A stretch of 15,946 nt of DNA from Candidatus Methylomirabilota bacterium (GTDB taxonomy: Bacteria > Methylomirabilota > Methylomirabilia > Rokubacteriales > CSP1-6). The stretch covers positions 1-15,946 of the forward strand of contig JBKPAK010000092.1 of the NCBI GenBank assembly GCA_046726415.1, given 5' to 3'. Every line of letters starts with the position of its first letter. The stretch's first letter is position 1. This document shows, one piece after another, positions 1 to 9,466 of the stretch. The position numbers were made by a program, and so were the translations under genes. The notes under the pieces are model-generated. The model was not told the origin of the DNA. It ran no database searches and worked only from the letters and a program-made list of their open reading frames with translations.

Positions 1-335
1 GTGGTCAGGCGAGCGTCCCATGTCCACCAGGTGCCCCAGGTGGGTTTGCCCCAGATGGATCCGGACACGATCGTGATGGCGAGGAAGAGCACGCCGACCT
101 CCGCCGAAGCATGGCCCAGGCGGTCGGCCGCCTCGGAGCGGCTCGCCAGATAGGCGATGGAGGCCAGGAAGAGCACGCCGAAGGCGAGGTACTCGCCGAT
201 GATCGCGCTGGGCACGTGGACGTACATGATCCGCTGCACGTTGCCCTGGGTGACCTCGCGCGGCGCCACCGCGAAGGCCATCGCGATACCGGCGACGAGC
301 GCAAAGACAGCGAGCCAGCCGAGGATCCGGACCAT
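1..335 (-). CDS. ccmC: Cytochrome c biogenesis protein CcmC (heme exporter C), 5' part; runs off the window edge
   Basis: Manual translation from ATG at 335 gives [44 protein letters not shown]...[22 protein letters not shown], which has the CcmC YxHVP and WGxWWxWDxRLT motifs. It lies directly downstream of ccmB and is not in the ORF track because no stop falls in the window. Confidence 0.93.
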   Translation of the reverse strand, partial: [111 protein letters not shown]

Positions 336-343
336 GCTTCTGA

Positions 344-1017
344 TCAACCCTCGATGATGAAATCGAACGTCAGGAATCCCACGACGAGAAAAATAACGTC
401 GGCTGCCCCGAGGAGGGTGAGCCAGTGGATGGCTGCGACCAGACCCTCTCGCGAGAGAACCGCCTCGGTGGCCTGCACGGTTCCCAGGAGCACTGGCACT
501 TCGAGAGGCAGCAGCAGCACCGGGAAGAGCAGCTCGCGCGCGCGCAGGTCAGCCGTCATTGCCGCGAAGAGCGTGCCCAGGGCGGCCAGCCCCACGGTGC
601 CGAGGACGATGACCGTCAGGAGCGCGGGCAGCACCCCGGCAAGGTCGACGTTGAAGAAGACCACGAAGAGCACGAGCAGGAGCGCCTCGACGGTGAACAT
701 CAGCGCGAGATTGGCCATCAGCTTGCCGGCGTAGATGGCGGACTTGTCCCCCGGGGCGAGCAGAAGCCCCTCCCAGCAGTCATTCTCCCGCTCGATCAGA
801 AAGCTCCGCCCCAGGGCCAGCAGTCCGCTCAGCACGAAGCCGAGCCACAACAGTCCTGGCAACAGCGCCACGAGGCGCTCGCGGTCGGGTCCCAGCGCGA
901 ACTGAAAGACGAAGAGGAGGACTAAGGAGAAGAAGACGAGGGCATTCAGCGCTTCCTTCGTGCGCCGCTCCACGAGCACGTCTTTCCACAGGATGATGAA
1001 GGCCCGGCGGGTGAAGC

Positions 1018-1021
<4 letters not shown>
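344..1021 (-). CDS. ccmB: Heme exporter protein B (ABC permease)
   Basis: Hydrophobic 225 aa with WKD..ERR N-terminus, F..E.E...EGLLLAP and LLFPVLLLPLEVPVLL motifs. ATGA overlap with ccmA. Confidence 0.92.
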
Positions 1022-1743
<722 letters not shown>

Positions 1744-1753
1744 AGCGGGGTCA

Positions 1754-1782
1754 ATTGTCCCTTGCCGCTCGGTGGGGGTCAA
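1754..1782 (-). promoter_or_regulatory. Putative sigma70-type promoter for ccmABC
   Basis: Minus strand TTGACC (1782-1777), 17-nt spacer, GACAAT (1759-1754). Confidence 0.5.
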
Positions 1783-1794
1783 GAAAGGGCCGAC

Positions 1795-1835
1795 GCCCCG
1801 AGGATCGGGGGTTGGGGGCCGGTCGAGGCCCCCAT
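1795..1835. repeat. REP-like GC-rich palindromic element, copy A
   Basis: GCCCCGAG-gatc-GGGGG-t-TGGGGGCC-ggtcga-GGCCCCCAT. Same architecture as 8972-9014; lies between the htpX stop and ccmA. Confidence 0.7.
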
Positions 1836-1839
1836 TTTC

Positions 1840-2685
1840 TCAAACGCGCATAGCGCGCAGGCGAGCGATGCGCTCCTCGAGCGGTGGATGCGTCGCGAAT
1901 AGCTTCATGAGCGTTTGACCGCTGAGTGGGTTGACGATGAACAGATGCGCGGTGGCGGGCGACGCATCCAGCGGCGCGACCTGGTTGGCCATTTGCAGCT
2001 TCCCGAGGGCGTTGATGAGGCCTCCCGTCCGTCCGGCCAGGCGGGCCCCGCTGGCATCGGCCTGATACTCGCGCGCCCGAGACACCGCCAGCTGGACGAT
2101 CATCGCGGCCAGCGGCGCGAGGACAGCAAGCAGCATGGCGGCAATCGGATTGGTTCCACCTTCATCGTCGTCGCGCCGCCCACCGAAGATGGCTGCCCAC
2201 TGCGCCATGTGCGCGAGATAGGTGATGGCGCCGGCCATGGTCGCCGCGATGGTCGAGATGAGCACGTCGCGGTTGGCCACATGCGATAGCTCGTGCGCCA
2301 ACACGCCCTCCAGCTCGCTCTCGTCGAGGATCCGCATGATCCCTTCCGTCACCGCCACCGCGGCGTGCTCAGGATTTCGCCCGGTGGCGAAGGCGTTGGG
2401 CGTGTCGCTCGGGATCACGTACACGGGGGGCATCGGGATGCCGGCGCGGGTGGCCAACCGCCTCACGATCGCGTACAGGCCTGGGGCCTGGGATTCGGTG
2501 ATAGGGCGGGCACCGTACGCGGCCAGAACGATCTTGTCCGAGAACCAGTAGCTGAAGAAGTTCATAACCGCAGCGAGGACGAAGGCCACGATCATGCCCT
2601 GCTGACCGCCGATCGCTCCACCGATCAGGACCAGCATCGCGGTCAGGACGGCGAGCAGGAGCCCCGTCTTGAAGACGTTGGACAT
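1840..2685 (-). CDS. htpX: Zinc metalloprotease HtpX (peptidase M48)
   Basis: [17 protein letters not shown] (HExxH), SRAREYQAD and THPPLEERI motifs. Start at ATG 2685 (MSNVFKT) with AGGAGGT RBS at 2697-2691. Confidence 0.95.
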   Translation of the reverse strand: MSNVFKTGLLLAVLTAMLVLIGGAIGGQQGMIVAFVLAAVMNFFSYWFSDKIVLAAYGARPITESQAPGLYAIVRRLATRAGIPMPPVYVIPSDTPNAFATGRNPEHAAVAVTEGIMRILDESELEGVLAHELSHVANRDVLISTIAATMAGAITYLAHMAQWAAIFGGRRDDDEGGTNPIAAMLLAVLAPLAAMIVQLAVSRAREYQADASGARLAGRTGGLINALGKLQMANQVAPLDASPATAHLFIVNPLSGQTLMKLFATHPPLEERIARLRAMRV

Positions 2686-2722
2686 TCGCGACCTCCTGAA
2701 AATGCGGTCGAGTGGTGAGCGA

Positions 2723-2751
2723 AGGTTAACAAAGCGCCCAAGAGCGGTCAA
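2723..2751 (-). promoter_or_regulatory. Putative sigma70-type promoter for htpX
   Basis: Minus strand TTGACC (2751-2746), 17 nt, TAACCT (2728-2723). Confidence 0.6.
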
Positions 2752-2769
2752 ATCGCGGGGCCAAATGCC

Positions 2770-2798
2770 TTGACTTGGGGGAAGGCGGCCGATATACT
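2770..2798 (+). promoter_or_regulatory. sigma70-type promoter for the yceD-rpmF-plsX-fab operon
   Basis: TTGACT (2770-2775), 17 nt, TATACT (2793-2798), followed by an AT-rich leader in a GC-rich background. Confidence 0.75.
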
Positions 2799-2854
2799 GG
2801 CGCGGTTACTTAAGAAAAATCTTTACCGACAGACACTTAGCAGGAACCTCTGAC

Positions 2855-3364
2855 GTGATCATCCGAGTATCGGAGCTCCAAGGGGAAGGCTTGACCATTG
2901 GCGATCCGGCCGCCCTGGGATCGCCCTACGCGGACCGCTCGTGGCGCCTCGAGGGCGTGAATCTCGAGGTAGCCCGGGACGGGGCAGACGTGGTCGTAGG
3001 TGGGACAGTCGAAGCCTCCGTGCCCCAGGTGTGCGGGCGGTGCCTCGAACCGTTCCCCGTCGACCTTCGCGTCCAGATCGATTTGAGATTCGTGCCGCGA
3101 CCCGCCGTGGGTGACAACGTCGAGCTGTCTGAGGACGACTTCGAAACCGACTTCTACGCCGACGACCAGCTCGATCTCGGCGCGATGGTGGAAACCGAGA
3201 CCACGCTCGCCCTCCCCATGAAGCCGCTGTGCCAGCCAGGCTGCCGCGGTCTCTGTCCGGTGTGCGGGGGCAACCGCAATATCGTCGCGTGCTCGTGCCC
3301 GGAACGCCGGCCCAACTCGCGGTTCACCGCGCTCCGCGATCTGTCGGCGCGACTCCACCACTGA
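2855..3364 (+). CDS. yceD: DUF177/YceD family protein (23S rRNA accumulation)
   Basis: CGRCLEP and LALPMKPLCQPGCRGLCPVCG.N.N...CSC motifs; conserved position upstream of rpmF; GTG start. Confidence 0.92.
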   Translation: MIIRVSELQGEGLTIGDPAALGSPYADRSWRLEGVNLEVARDGADVVVGGTVEASVPQVCGRCLEPFPVDLRVQIDLRFVPRPAVGDNVELSEDDFETDFYADDQLDLGAMVETETTLALPMKPLCQPGCRGLCPVCGGNRNIVACSCPERRPNSRFTALRDLSARLHH

Positions 3365-3378
3365 AGGGAGATCACCTG

Positions 3379-3561
3379 ATGCCGCTGCCGAAACGACGAC
3401 ACTCGCGGGCGCGCGGCCGGAAGCGTCGCACCCACTACAAGCTGGCGCCGCCGACGGCTTCTCTCTGCCCACAGTGCCGGGAGGCCAAGCTGCCGCACCG
3501 GGTCTGCCCTCACTGCGGCTACTACAAGGGTCGGGAGATCATCGCGGTCGAAGGGGCGTAG
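3379..3561 (+). CDS. rpmF: 50S ribosomal protein L32 (four-Cys zinc-ribbon form)
   Basis: MPLPKRRHSRARGRKRRTH...CPQC...PHRVCPHCGYYKGREII, 60 aa; GGGAG RBS upstream. Confidence 0.97.
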   Translation: MPLPKRRHSRARGRKRRTHYKLAPPTASLCPQCREAKLPHRVCPHCGYYKGREIIAVEGA

Positions 3562-3579
3562 CCTGACGCCGACCACGGC

Positions 3580-4602
3580 ATGAAGATCGCCGTCGACGCC
3601 ATGGGAGGCGACCATGGCCCGGCTGTGGTCGTCGAGGGCGCGCTTGTCGCTCAGCGGGAGTTTGGTGTCTCCGTCATTCTGGTCGGTGACCAGGCCGCCC
3701 TCGAGCGAGAATTGGACCGATGCGGGGCGCGCCGGCTGGGCGTCGAGATTCGACATGCCTCCCAGGTGGTGGGAATGGCGGAAAGCCCGTCGCAGGCCTT
3801 GCGGCGGAAACGCGACTCGTCCCTCCGCGTGGCGGCCGAGCTGGTGCGCGATGGGCACGCCTCGGCCCTCGTCTCCGCCGGCAACACCGGCGCCGCCATG
3901 GCCGTGGCCATGTTCACCATCGGCGTGCTGCGAGGGGTCGACCGCCCGGCCATTGCCGCCCTCCTACCCAGCCCCAGACGCTACACGATCCTGCTCGACG
4001 TGGGCGCCAACGTCACGCCCAAGCCGTGGCACCTGTTCCAGTTCGCGATCATGGGGCACGTGTATGCGCGGGACATCCTCGGCATCGACCGGCCGCGGGT
4101 GGGCCTTCTGTCGGTGGGAGAGGAAGAGGGCAAGGGCAACGACCTCACGCGCGAGGCATACGAGGAGCTGCGCGAGTCGTCGCTGAACTTCATCGGTAAC
4201 GTCGAAGGGCGCGACATCTACAACGGCAACTGTGACGTCGTGGTCGCCGACGGCTTCACCGGCAACGTGGCCCTCAAGATCTCCGAGAGTCTGGCGGACA
4301 TGCTGGGAGCCATGATCAAGGAAGAGTTGCAGCGCGACGTCCGGTCGCGCCTGGGGGCAGCACTGGCTTTGCCCGCCTTCGAGAGGTTCCGCAAGCGGGT
4401 GGACTACACCGAAATGGGGGGTGCCCCGCTCCTCGGCATCGATGGCGCCGCCGTGATCTGCCACGGCTCCTCGCCGCCCAAGGCCATCAAGAACGCCGTG
4501 CGCGTGGCGTCGGAGTGGGCCAAGGCGGGGCTGAACGAGCACATCAGGATGGCGCTGGACGCGGAACTCACGCGGAGTCAACGAGAAGGAGGCCGCGAAT
4601 GA
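3580..4602 (+). CDS. plsX: Phosphate acyltransferase PlsX
   Basis: IAVDAMGGDHGP, SAGNTGA, LDVGAN, GNVEGRD, DGFTGNVALK and GGAPLLG motifs. Confidence 0.97.
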   Translation: MKIAVDAMGGDHGPAVVVEGALVAQREFGVSVILVGDQAALERELDRCGARRLGVEIRHASQVVGMAESPSQALRRKRDSSLRVAAELVRDGHASALVSAGNTGAAMAVAMFTIGVLRGVDRPAIAALLPSPRRYTILLDVGANVTPKPWHLFQFAIMGHVYARDILGIDRPRVGLLSVGEEEGKGNDLTREAYEELRESSLNFIGNVEGRDIYNGNCDVVVADGFTGNVALKISESLADMLGAMIKEELQRDVRSRLGAALALPAFERFRKRVDYTEMGGAPLLGIDGAAVICHGSSPPKAIKNAVRVASEWAKAGLNEHIRMALDAELTRSQREGGRE

Positions 4603-5579
4603 TGCGGGCGAGGATCATCGGGGTGGGGGCATACGCGCCCAAGCGCATCCTCACCAACGCGGATCTCGAGAAGATGGTCAATACGAGCGACGCGTGGATC
4701 GTTCAGCGCAGCGGCATTCGCGAGCGCCGAATCGCCGACGAGACGGAGGCCACGTCGGACCTGGCCGTGAAGGCCGCGCAGCAGGCGCTGGAGCGCGCCA
4801 ACCTGAGCGCAGACGACATCGACTTCATCGTGGTCGGCACAACCAGCGCCGACATGCAGTTCCCCTCCACCGCAAACTATGTGCAGTACAAGCTCGGGTG
4901 CCGCAGGATCGGATCGGTCGACGTGTGGGCGGCCTGCACCGGTTCCATCTACTCCCTCTCCATCGGGGCGCAGTACATCCAGACCGGCAAGTACCGACGG
5001 GTGCTCTGCATCGGAGCGGAAACGCTCTCTCGGATCACGGACTTCACCGACCGGTCCACCTGCGTGTTGCTGGCCGACGCGGCCGGCGCCGCCATCCTCG
5101 GCCCATCCCCGGACGAGCGCGGATTCATCGACGCCGACCTCTACTCGGACGCCGCCCATGCCGATCTCCTGTATATGTCGGGCGGCGGCTCCCGCCACCC
5201 CGCCTCCCACGAAACGGTCGATGCGCGCCTGCACTACGCCAGGATGAAGGGGAGCGAAGTCTTCAAGATCGCGGTGCGGATGTTCACCGAGGCGGCCACC
5301 GCGATTCTGGCCCGCCACGGGTTCACGGCCGGCGATGTGGATCTCTTCATTCCCCACCAGGCCAATCTGCGCATCATCGAGGCCGCGGTGAAGCGCCTGG
5401 GACTGCCCATGGACAAGGTCATGGTGAACCTGGACCGCTACGGCAACACCGGGGCCGCGTCGGTTTACGTGGCTCTGGAGGAAGCCGTCGCCGCCGGCCG
5501 GGTCGAGACCGGTGCCCTCATCCTGCTGGCGGCGTTCGGTGGTGGACTGACCTGGGGCGCGGCCCTCTATCGATGGTGA
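4599..5579 (+). CDS. fabH: 3-oxoacyl-ACP synthase III
   Basis: Catalytic triad motifs AACTG, PHQAN, YGNT and C-terminal FGGGLTWG; ATGA overlap with plsX. Confidence 0.96.
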   Translation: MMRARIIGVGAYAPKRILTNADLEKMVNTSDAWIVQRSGIRERRIADETEATSDLAVKAAQQALERANLSADDIDFIVVGTTSADMQFPSTANYVQYKLGCRRIGSVDVWAACTGSIYSLSIGAQYIQTGKYRRVLCIGAETLSRITDFTDRSTCVLLADAAGAAILGPSPDERGFIDADLYSDAAHADLLYMSGGGSRHPASHETVDARLHYARMKGSEVFKIAVRMFTEAATAILARHGFTAGDVDLFIPHQANLRIIEAAVKRLGLPMDKVMVNLDRYGNTGAASVYVALEEAVAAGRVETGALILLAAFGGGLTWGAALYRW

Positions 5580-6514
5580 TCGCGTTCCTCTTCCCTGGAC
5601 AGGGCTCGCAGACCGTCGGGATGGGTCGCACCTTCTACGAGACCTCCCCGCGGGCCAAGGCGATCTTCGAGGAAGCCAACGACGCCCTCGGCATCGACCT
5701 CAGGCGCGTCATCTTCGAGGGACCGGAAGCGGATCTCGCCCTCACGGCCACGACCCAACCGGCCGTACTCACGGTGAGCGTGGCGGCGGCCGCCGTGTGC
5801 GCCGAGCACGGCCTCTCACCTGCGCTGGCCGCCGGGCACAGCCTCGGCGAGTACTCCGCGCTGGTGGTCGCCGGAGCTCTCGCCTTTGCCGACGCGGTGC
5901 GGATCGTCCACCGGCGCGGCCAGTACATGCAGGAGGCGGTCCCGGTAGGGACCGGCGCCATGGCCGCCATGATGGGCTTGGATCTCGCCGGAACGGAGAG
6001 GTTGTGCGCGGAGGCTGCTCAGGGCGAGGTCGTCGAGGTGGCCAACGTCAACTCGGCGGCCCAGATCGTGATTGCCGGGCACCGCACCGCGGTCGAGCGC
6101 GCGGCGGGGCTGGCGGCCAGCCGCGGCGGTCGCGTGAGGAGCGTCATACTCCCGGTGAGCGCGCCCTTCCATTGTTCGCTCATGGCGCCGGCGGTCGACC
6201 GGCTGGCGCGAGACCTGGCCGATGTCGCCGTGGCCGACCCACTGGTCCCCGTGGTTCGCAATGTCGATGCGGGTGTCACGCGGACCGCCGCCGACGTGAA
6301 ACCGTTCCTCCTGAGTCAGGTGGCAAGCCCCGTGCGCTGGACCGATTGTGTCACCCGGTTGGCCAGCGAGGGCGCCTCCGCTTTCGTGGAGGTGGGGCCA
6401 GGCCGCGTCCTCTCCAGCCTCGTCAAGCGCATCGTGGAGGGCGCGACCGGCCTCGCGGTCGAAGATTCCGGGAGCCTGGAAAGGACGCTTATCGCCCTCG
6501 GAAACGCCCGGTGA
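5573..6514 (+). CDS. fabD: Malonyl-CoA:ACP transacylase
   Basis: FPGQGSQ, TQPA, GHSLGEY, VSAPFH and EVGPG motifs; ATG 5573 overlaps the fabH end. Confidence 0.96.
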   Translation: MVIAFLFPGQGSQTVGMGRTFYETSPRAKAIFEEANDALGIDLRRVIFEGPEADLALTATTQPAVLTVSVAAAAVCAEHGLSPALAAGHSLGEYSALVVAGALAFADAVRIVHRRGQYMQEAVPVGTGAMAAMMGLDLAGTERLCAEAAQGEVVEVANVNSAAQIVIAGHRTAVERAAGLAASRGGRVRSVILPVSAPFHCSLMAPAVDRLARDLADVAVADPLVPVVRNVDAGVTRTAADVKPFLLSQVASPVRWTDCVTRLASEGASAFVEVGPGRVLSSLVKRIVEGATGLAVEDSGSLERTLIALGNAR

Positions 6515-7254
6515 GCTCCCTCGCTGGCAAAGTCGCCATCGTGACCGGCGGTAGCCGGGGGATCGGAGCGGCCATCGCCACCTTGCTGGCCGAACGCGGC
6601 GCGGCGGTGGTCGTTTCGGGCCGCGACGAGGAGCGCCTCAGGGATGTGGTGAAGGCGCTGGAGGGGGAAGGCCGTTTGGTCCTCGGCATCGCGGCGGACG
6701 CCGCGCGTCGCGAAGATGCCGAGCGGTTGGTGGACGCCGCCCGGGAGCACTTCGGTCGGCTCGACGTGCTTGTGAACAACGCGGGCATTCTCCGCGACGC
6801 CCTCCTGGTCCGGATGAAGGATGACGACTGGGACCGCGTGCTGGAGACCAATCTGAAGGGCGCTTTTCTCATGGCGCGGGCGGCCGGGCGCCTGATGATG
6901 CGCCAGCGGAACGGGCGCATCATCAACATCGCCTCCACGGCAGGCGTCATGGGGAACGCCGGCCAGGCCAATTACTCGGCGGCCAAGGCCGGTCTCATCG
7001 GACTCACCAAGGCCACCGCGCGAGAGCTGGCCCACTGGAATATCCTGGTCAACGCGGTGGCGCCGGGGTTGATCGAGACCAACATGATCGCCGCCATTCC
7101 GGTCGCGGCCCGCGAGGCTCTGCTGGCCCAGGTGCCGCTGTCGCGAATCGGACAGGTGCAGGATGTGGCCGAAATGGTAGGATTCCTGGCCGGAGACGGC
7201 GCCGGCTACATCACGGGCCAAGTGTTCCACGTCAACGGCGGCCTCTACATGTAG
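6511..7254 (+). CDS. fabG: 3-oxoacyl-ACP reductase
   Basis: [25 protein letters not shown] (YxxxK) and [11 protein letters not shown] motifs; GTGA overlap with fabD. Confidence 0.96.
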   Translation: MSSLAGKVAIVTGGSRGIGAAIATLLAERGAAVVVSGRDEERLRDVVKALEGEGRLVLGIAADAARREDAERLVDAAREHFGRLDVLVNNAGILRDALLVRMKDDDWDRVLETNLKGAFLMARAAGRLMMRQRNGRIINIASTAGVMGNAGQANYSAAKAGLIGLTKATARELAHWNILVNAVAPGLIETNMIAAIPVAAREALLAQVPLSRIGQVQDVAEMVGFLAGDGAGYITGQVFHVNGGLYM

Positions 7255-7348
7255 CGCGGGCCTTGTGGTGTCGGACCCGCGTGCCCGGCGGGACCTGTGG
7301 TGGTGGCGAGCGTCATCCGCGAATTCTCTCGTTGGAGGACACGAGTTC

Positions 7349-7585
7349 ATGGCGAAGTCGGTCGAGGAGAAGGTGAAGGAGATCATCGTCGAGCAACTCG
7401 GGGTCGAGGAAGACGATGTCACCCCGAGCGCGAAGTTCATCGAGGACCTGGGCGCCGACTCCCTCGACACCGTGGAGCTCGTCATGGCGCTGGAGGAGCA
7501 TTTCGATATCCAGATCCCTGACGAGGACGCCGAGAAGATCTCCACCGTGGGCGAGGCCATCGAATACATCAAGGACCATATGTAG
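7349..7585 (+). CDS. acpP: Acyl carrier protein
   Basis: [19 protein letters not shown]...[26 protein letters not shown] upstream. Confidence 0.98.
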   Translation: MAKSVEEKVKEIIVEQLGVEEDDVTPSAKFIEDLGADSLDTVELVMALEEHFDIQIPDEDAEKISTVGEAIEYIKDHM

Positions 7586-7587
7586 TC

Positions 7588-8832
7588 GTGAGCCCGCCGC
7601 GGGTCGTCGTCACCGGTCTCGGAGCCCTGACGCCCATCGGCAATACGACCGACGAGTTCTGGTCGGGGCTGGTCCAGGGGCGCTGCGGCATCGGCCCCAT
7701 TACCAAGTTCGACGCCACCGGCTATCCCACGCAGATCGCCGGGGAGATCCGCAACTTCGACCCCCTGAAGTACGTCGAGCGCAAGGAGGCGCGACGGCTC
7801 GACCCCTACCTTCAATACGCCATGGCCTGCGCCTGCATGGCCGTCGACGACGCCAGTCTCGACACGGGCGCGGTCGACAGCGAGCGCTTCGGCGTGCTGA
7901 TCGGCTCCGGTATCGGCGGTATCACCTCCCTGATGGACGGCGAGCACACGCGCCTGGAGAAAGGTTTCGATCGCGTGTCGCCGTTCGTCATCCCCATGCT
8001 CATCATCAACATGGCCTCAGGGTTGGTTTCCATGCGTTTCGGGGCCAAGGGGCCGAACTCCTCGGTGGTGACGGCGTGCGCCACTGGCAACCACGCCCTC
8101 GGCGACGCCTACCGGATCATCCAGCGGGGCGAGGCCGACGTGATGATCGCCGGCGGAGCGGAAGCCATCATCGTCCCGATTGCCATTGCCGCCTTCTGCG
8201 CCATGAAGGCGATGTCCACGCGCAACGACGAGCCCGAGAGGGCCTCCCGCCCGTTCGACGCGGGGCGTGACGGTTTCGTGTGCAGCGAGGGCGGCGGCAT
8301 TCTCACCCTCGAATCGCTGGAGCACGCTGTCCGCCGGGGTGCGCGGATCTACGCCGAGATCGTCGGCTACGGCATGAGCGGTGACGCTCACCACATGACC
8401 GCGCCCGACCCCGAGGGGGATGGCGCAGTCCGAGCGATGCGGGCGGCCCTGCGCGACGCCGCCCTGAGGCCGGCCGAGGTCGGCTATATCAACGCCCACG
8501 GGACGTCGACCCAGTACAACGACAAGTTCGAGACGCTGGCCATCAAGCGCGTCTTCGGCGAATACGCCGCGCGGCTCGCCGTCTCGTCGACGAAGTCCAT
8601 GACCGGGCATCTGCTGGGCGCGGCCGGCGGCATTGAGGCGGTGGCTTGCGTGTTGGCCCTTCATCACGGCATCCTGCCTCCGACCATCAACTACGAGACC
8701 CCCGACCCCGACTGCGACCTCGATTACGTGCCCAATCAGGCGCGCAAACAGGACATCGACGTCGCTCTGTCGAACGCCTTCGGATTTGGCGGCACCAACG
8801 CCACCCTGGCGTTCCGCAAGTACCGCGGCTAG
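7588..8832 (+). CDS. fabF: 3-oxoacyl-ACP synthase II
   Basis: RVVVTGLG, TACATG, NAHGTST, KSMTGHLLGAAG and NAFGFGGTN motifs; GTG start. Confidence 0.97.
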   Translation: MSPPRVVVTGLGALTPIGNTTDEFWSGLVQGRCGIGPITKFDATGYPTQIAGEIRNFDPLKYVERKEARRLDPYLQYAMACACMAVDDASLDTGAVDSERFGVLIGSGIGGITSLMDGEHTRLEKGFDRVSPFVIPMLIINMASGLVSMRFGAKGPNSSVVTACATGNHALGDAYRIIQRGEADVMIAGGAEAIIVPIAIAAFCAMKAMSTRNDEPERASRPFDAGRDGFVCSEGGGILTLESLEHAVRRGARIYAEIVGYGMSGDAHHMTAPDPEGDGAVRAMRAALRDAALRPAEVGYINAHGTSTQYNDKFETLAIKRVFGEYAARLAVSSTKSMTGHLLGAAGGIEAVACVLALHHGILPPTINYETPDPDCDLDYVPNQARKQDIDVALSNAFGFGGTNATLAFRKYRG

Positions 8833-8846
8833 GACCGTGACGAACG

Positions 8847-9014
8847 AGCGCGGGGCACCGCGGCGGCGCCGCGGTGCCTCGAGCGCTGGGGGTGTTCGAA
8901 GGGGACTCCGGCGGGGTCCCGTCGCCCGAACCACCAGGCGTCTCCGAGGGGTGCCGCGGCGGCGCCGCGGTGCCCCGAGCGCTGGGGGCATGGGGGCCAT
9001 TTCGGGGCCCCCAT
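8847..9014. repeat. Composite REP/BIME-like palindromic repeat block
   Basis: 35-nt direct repeat at 8858-8892 and 8954-8988 with one mismatch. Hairpins at 8851-8881 (14 bp, one G:U), 8902-8920 and 8990-9014 (9 bp). The terminal part 8972-9014 matches the element at 1795-1835. Confidence 0.8.
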
Positions 9015-9022
9015 CTCAATAG

Positions 9023-9466
9023 TTGGACGGCGCCCGCCTCGCCGCGCTCGAAGATCGCCTCGGGCATCGTTTCCGTGACGAAGGTCTGCTCGAGCGCGCC
9101 TTCACTCATACCTCGTACGCCAACGAGCACCCATCCACGCCGCACCACGAGGCCCTCGCTTTCCTGGGCGACGCCGTCCTGAGCGTCGTGGTGGCTGAGT
9201 ACCTGCTTGGTGCCGAGGCCACCGCTACCGTAGGCGAGCTAACCACGCGTCGCGCCGAGCTGGTGGCGGGCGCCAACCTGGCATGTTGGGCAGCGGAGCT
9301 CGAGCTCGGATCGCTACTTCGACTCGGTCGCGGCGAGGACCAGACCGGTGGGCGCAGCCGCGAATCCATCTTGGCCACGGCGCTGGAGGCCGTGCTCGGC
9401 GTGGTTTACCTCGAAGGCGGTTTGGCTTCCGTCCGCACCGCGGTGGGGCGTCTGGCTCTGTGGTAG
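9023..9466 (+). CDS. rnc: RNase III catalytic-domain protein, dsRBD absent, degenerate active site
   Basis: LEDRLGHRF..LLERAFTHTSY, EALAFLGDAVL (compare ERLEFLGD), LRLGRGE...GG..RESILATALEA; typical rnc position after fabF; only 147 aa; TTG start. Confidence 0.8.
   Translation: MDGARLAALEDRLGHRFRDEGLLERAFTHTSYANEHPSTPHHEALAFLGDAVLSVVVAEYLLGAEATATVGELTTRRAELVAGANLACWAAELELGSLLRLGRGEDQTGGRSRESILATALEAVLGVVYLEGGLASVRTAVGRLALW

Noticed and set aside
2700-2850. CIRCE/HrcA heat-shock operator upstream of htpX
   Set aside because: Only a partial TTAGCA is present, with no TTAGCACTC-N9-GAGTGCTAA inverted repeat.
4694-5572. 606-aa FabD with a long N-terminal extension (likewise the 485-aa FabG and 354-aa FabH)
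   Set aside because: The extensions are off-frame shadows of upstream genes in GC-rich DNA; the true starts overlap the preceding stops.
6316-7947. 543-aa antisense ORF, and others such as 13904-15055 and 8017-9000
   Set aside because: Antisense shadows of well-supported genes, with no recognisable motifs.
8847-9014. CRISPR array, tRNA or IS remnant
   Set aside because: Only two units with structured intervening sequence; no cloverleaf, transposase or terminal inverted repeats with target duplication.
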